In this document: positions 18,835 through 20,034 of the stretch, in pieces
Numbering within the stretch: the stretch's first letter is position 1
Layout: every line of letters begins with the position of its first letter
The notes under the pieces: model-generated
Seen by the model: the letters and a program-made list of their open reading frames with translations, nothing else
What the model was told of the DNA's origin: nothing
Databases searched by the model: none
Made by a program: the position numbers and the translations under genes
Origin: a bacterium
GTDB taxonomy: Bacteria > Hydrothermota > 32-111
Direction: 5' to 3'
Length of the DNA stretch: 20,034 nt
Assembly (NCBI GenBank): GCA_050239825.1
Contig: JBFXGO010000038.1
Location: forward strand, 1 to 20,034

Positions 18835-18961
18835 AAGGAGCAATTATGAAAAATATATTCAATCATAACAAGCATACCAGCACACAAGCAAAGAAGTGTA
18901 CGAATTTTGTCATTCTGAAGTCCGCAGTAGTTACCTCTATCCTGAAGAAGCTATCAAAGCA
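18835..18961 (+). repeat. Direct repeat copy 2 (127 bp)
   Basis: Matches 17131-17257 at an offset of 1704 bp. Confidence 0.95.
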
Positions 18962-20034
18962 TACCAGTCAACCAGCATACCAGCGAACGATCTTACTTCT
19001 ATTCTTGCTGTTCGGATTCGTGCTGTTGAATGCGCAGATGGTAGGGGAGCTTGGCAGATGGGAATACGGACCGACAGAGGCGATAGCAGTAAAGGGAAAC
19101 ACGGCATATATAAGCAGTGGAAGCTACTTATGGGTAATGGATATAAGCACAGAAAGCAATCCGAGATTAATAAGCGAAATGAAACTTGAGAACTATATCA
19201 ATTATATCAGAAGGATAGGAAATTACCTGTATGTGAGCAAGAATGACACATTGCTGAATATCTATGATATACATACAGATACAATACCTACATTGGTTAA
19301 TCAGATTGAAGGAGAGGATTCGGATTTTCCATGGAAAGAGATAATTTATACCGGAAATACTCTATATATTAGTGGATATTTCAATCGACAGTATTTTATA
19401 AACGATACAATAAGTCCTACATTTACAAGGATAGTCGGTTTTACAAGAGATATAAATAATGATTCAACTGTATTAGTAGGAACAATGCAAGAAGATAGGG
19501 AGATAAGGGTATATGATCTAACCCAAATAGGTGATATATACGATCAAACAGATGATTACTACACAACAGAGAAGATAAGAGGCATAAAAGTAACCTACCC
19601 CTATGTTTACTTCGGCTACGGGAGCCAGGGGATAGGGATAATGGATATAAGCAACTTGTATGATATAAAACTAAAGAAGACAGTGGCGACAGGCGGCAAT
19701 ACATACGATGTGGAGATAATAGAGGATACAATACTAATAGCGGCAAAGGGATTAAATGGAATAGGGATATATGATGTAGAGGATGATACGCTATTAACGG
19801 AGATAGGAGTTTGCGAGACAAACGGCTATACATACGAATTGGAGGTAATAGGGAATAGATTGTATGTAGGAGCGAGAAGCGGAGGACTGATAATAGTGGA
19901 CATATCTGATAAGAGCAACCCCACGGTGGTTGGAGAGTATAGAGGATATGGCGAGAGTAGGAGGATGGCAATAGAGGGAGACAGGATGTATGTAGCGAGC
20001 GGAGACGGCGGAGTAATGATAATGGATATAACTG
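18846..20034 (+). CDS. Secreted LVIVD-repeat beta-propeller protein, 3' end beyond the window, absent from the ORF track
   Basis: AAGGAG-ATG, then 396 codons with no stop. Signal core ILLLFLLFGFVLLNA|Q. Repeats include AYISSGSYLWVMDISTESNP, YVYFGYGSQGIGIMDIS, LYVGARSGGLIIVDISDKSNP and MYVASGDGGVMIMDIT. Confidence 0.92.
   Translation, partial: MKNIFNHNKHTSTQAKKCTNFVILKSAVVTSILKKLSKHTSQPAYQRTILLLFLLFGFVLLNAQMVGELGRWEYGPTEAIAVKGNTAYISSGSYLWVMDISTESNPRLISEMKLENYINYIRRIGNYLYVSKNDTLLNIYDIHTDTIPTLVNQIEGEDSDFPWKEIIYTGNTLYISGYFNRQYFINDTISPTFTRIVGFTRDINNDSTVLVGTMQEDREIRVYDLTQIGDIYDQTDDYYTTEKIRGIKVTYPYVYFGYGSQGIGIMDISNLYDIKLKKTVATGGNTYDVEIIEDTILIAAKGLNGIGIYDVEDDTLLTEIGVCETNGYTYELEVIGNRLYVGARSGGLIIVDISDKSNPTVVGEYRGYGESRRMAIEGDRMYVASGDGGVMIMDIT

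Noticed and set aside
15185..18835. Integron cassette array, IS or prophage
   Set aside because: No attC-like sites, integrase, transposase or phage structural genes recognised.
17131..18961. DGR template/variable repeat pair
   Set aside because: The six mismatches are not adenine-specific, the repeat is at the gene's 5' end, and no reverse transcriptase lies in the window.
18896..19971. Track ORFs 18896..19189 (+) and 19441..19971 (-)
   Set aside because: Alternative-frame and antisense shadows of the LVIVD gene starting at 18846.

Overview
AT-rich bacterial chromosomal window, probably from a diderm (porin, soluble PstS, T9SS-like C-terminus). Bases 1-7.6 kb hold envelope and secreted-protein genes: a partial thioredoxin, an NlpC/P60 lipoprotein, a decayed zf-HC2 anti-sigma-like remnant, a GT-C glycosyltransferase, a papain-like C1 peptidase, a hypothetical secreted protein, an SGNH hydrolase and a CapA-family protein. 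Bases 7.6-15.2 kb are a complete phosphate locus (porin-pstSCAB-phoB-phoR-phoU) with 11-bp-phased Pho boxes. Bases 15.2-20 kb are an accessory region and the most unusual part. Three genes each appear to have their own promoter (AAA_14/DUF4143 ATPase, ORF6N, RhuM), followed by an LVIVD-repeat beta-propeller gene missing from the ORF track (18846 to the window end). That gene's RBS and 5' leader are duplicated 1704 bp upstream. The upstream copy is expanded in frame by a REP-like palindrome and a heptamer-based 75-bp repeat array. Several promoter candidates share a 16-bp spacer, and three would give leaderless mRNAs. All calls are from motif reading by eye; no searches were run.
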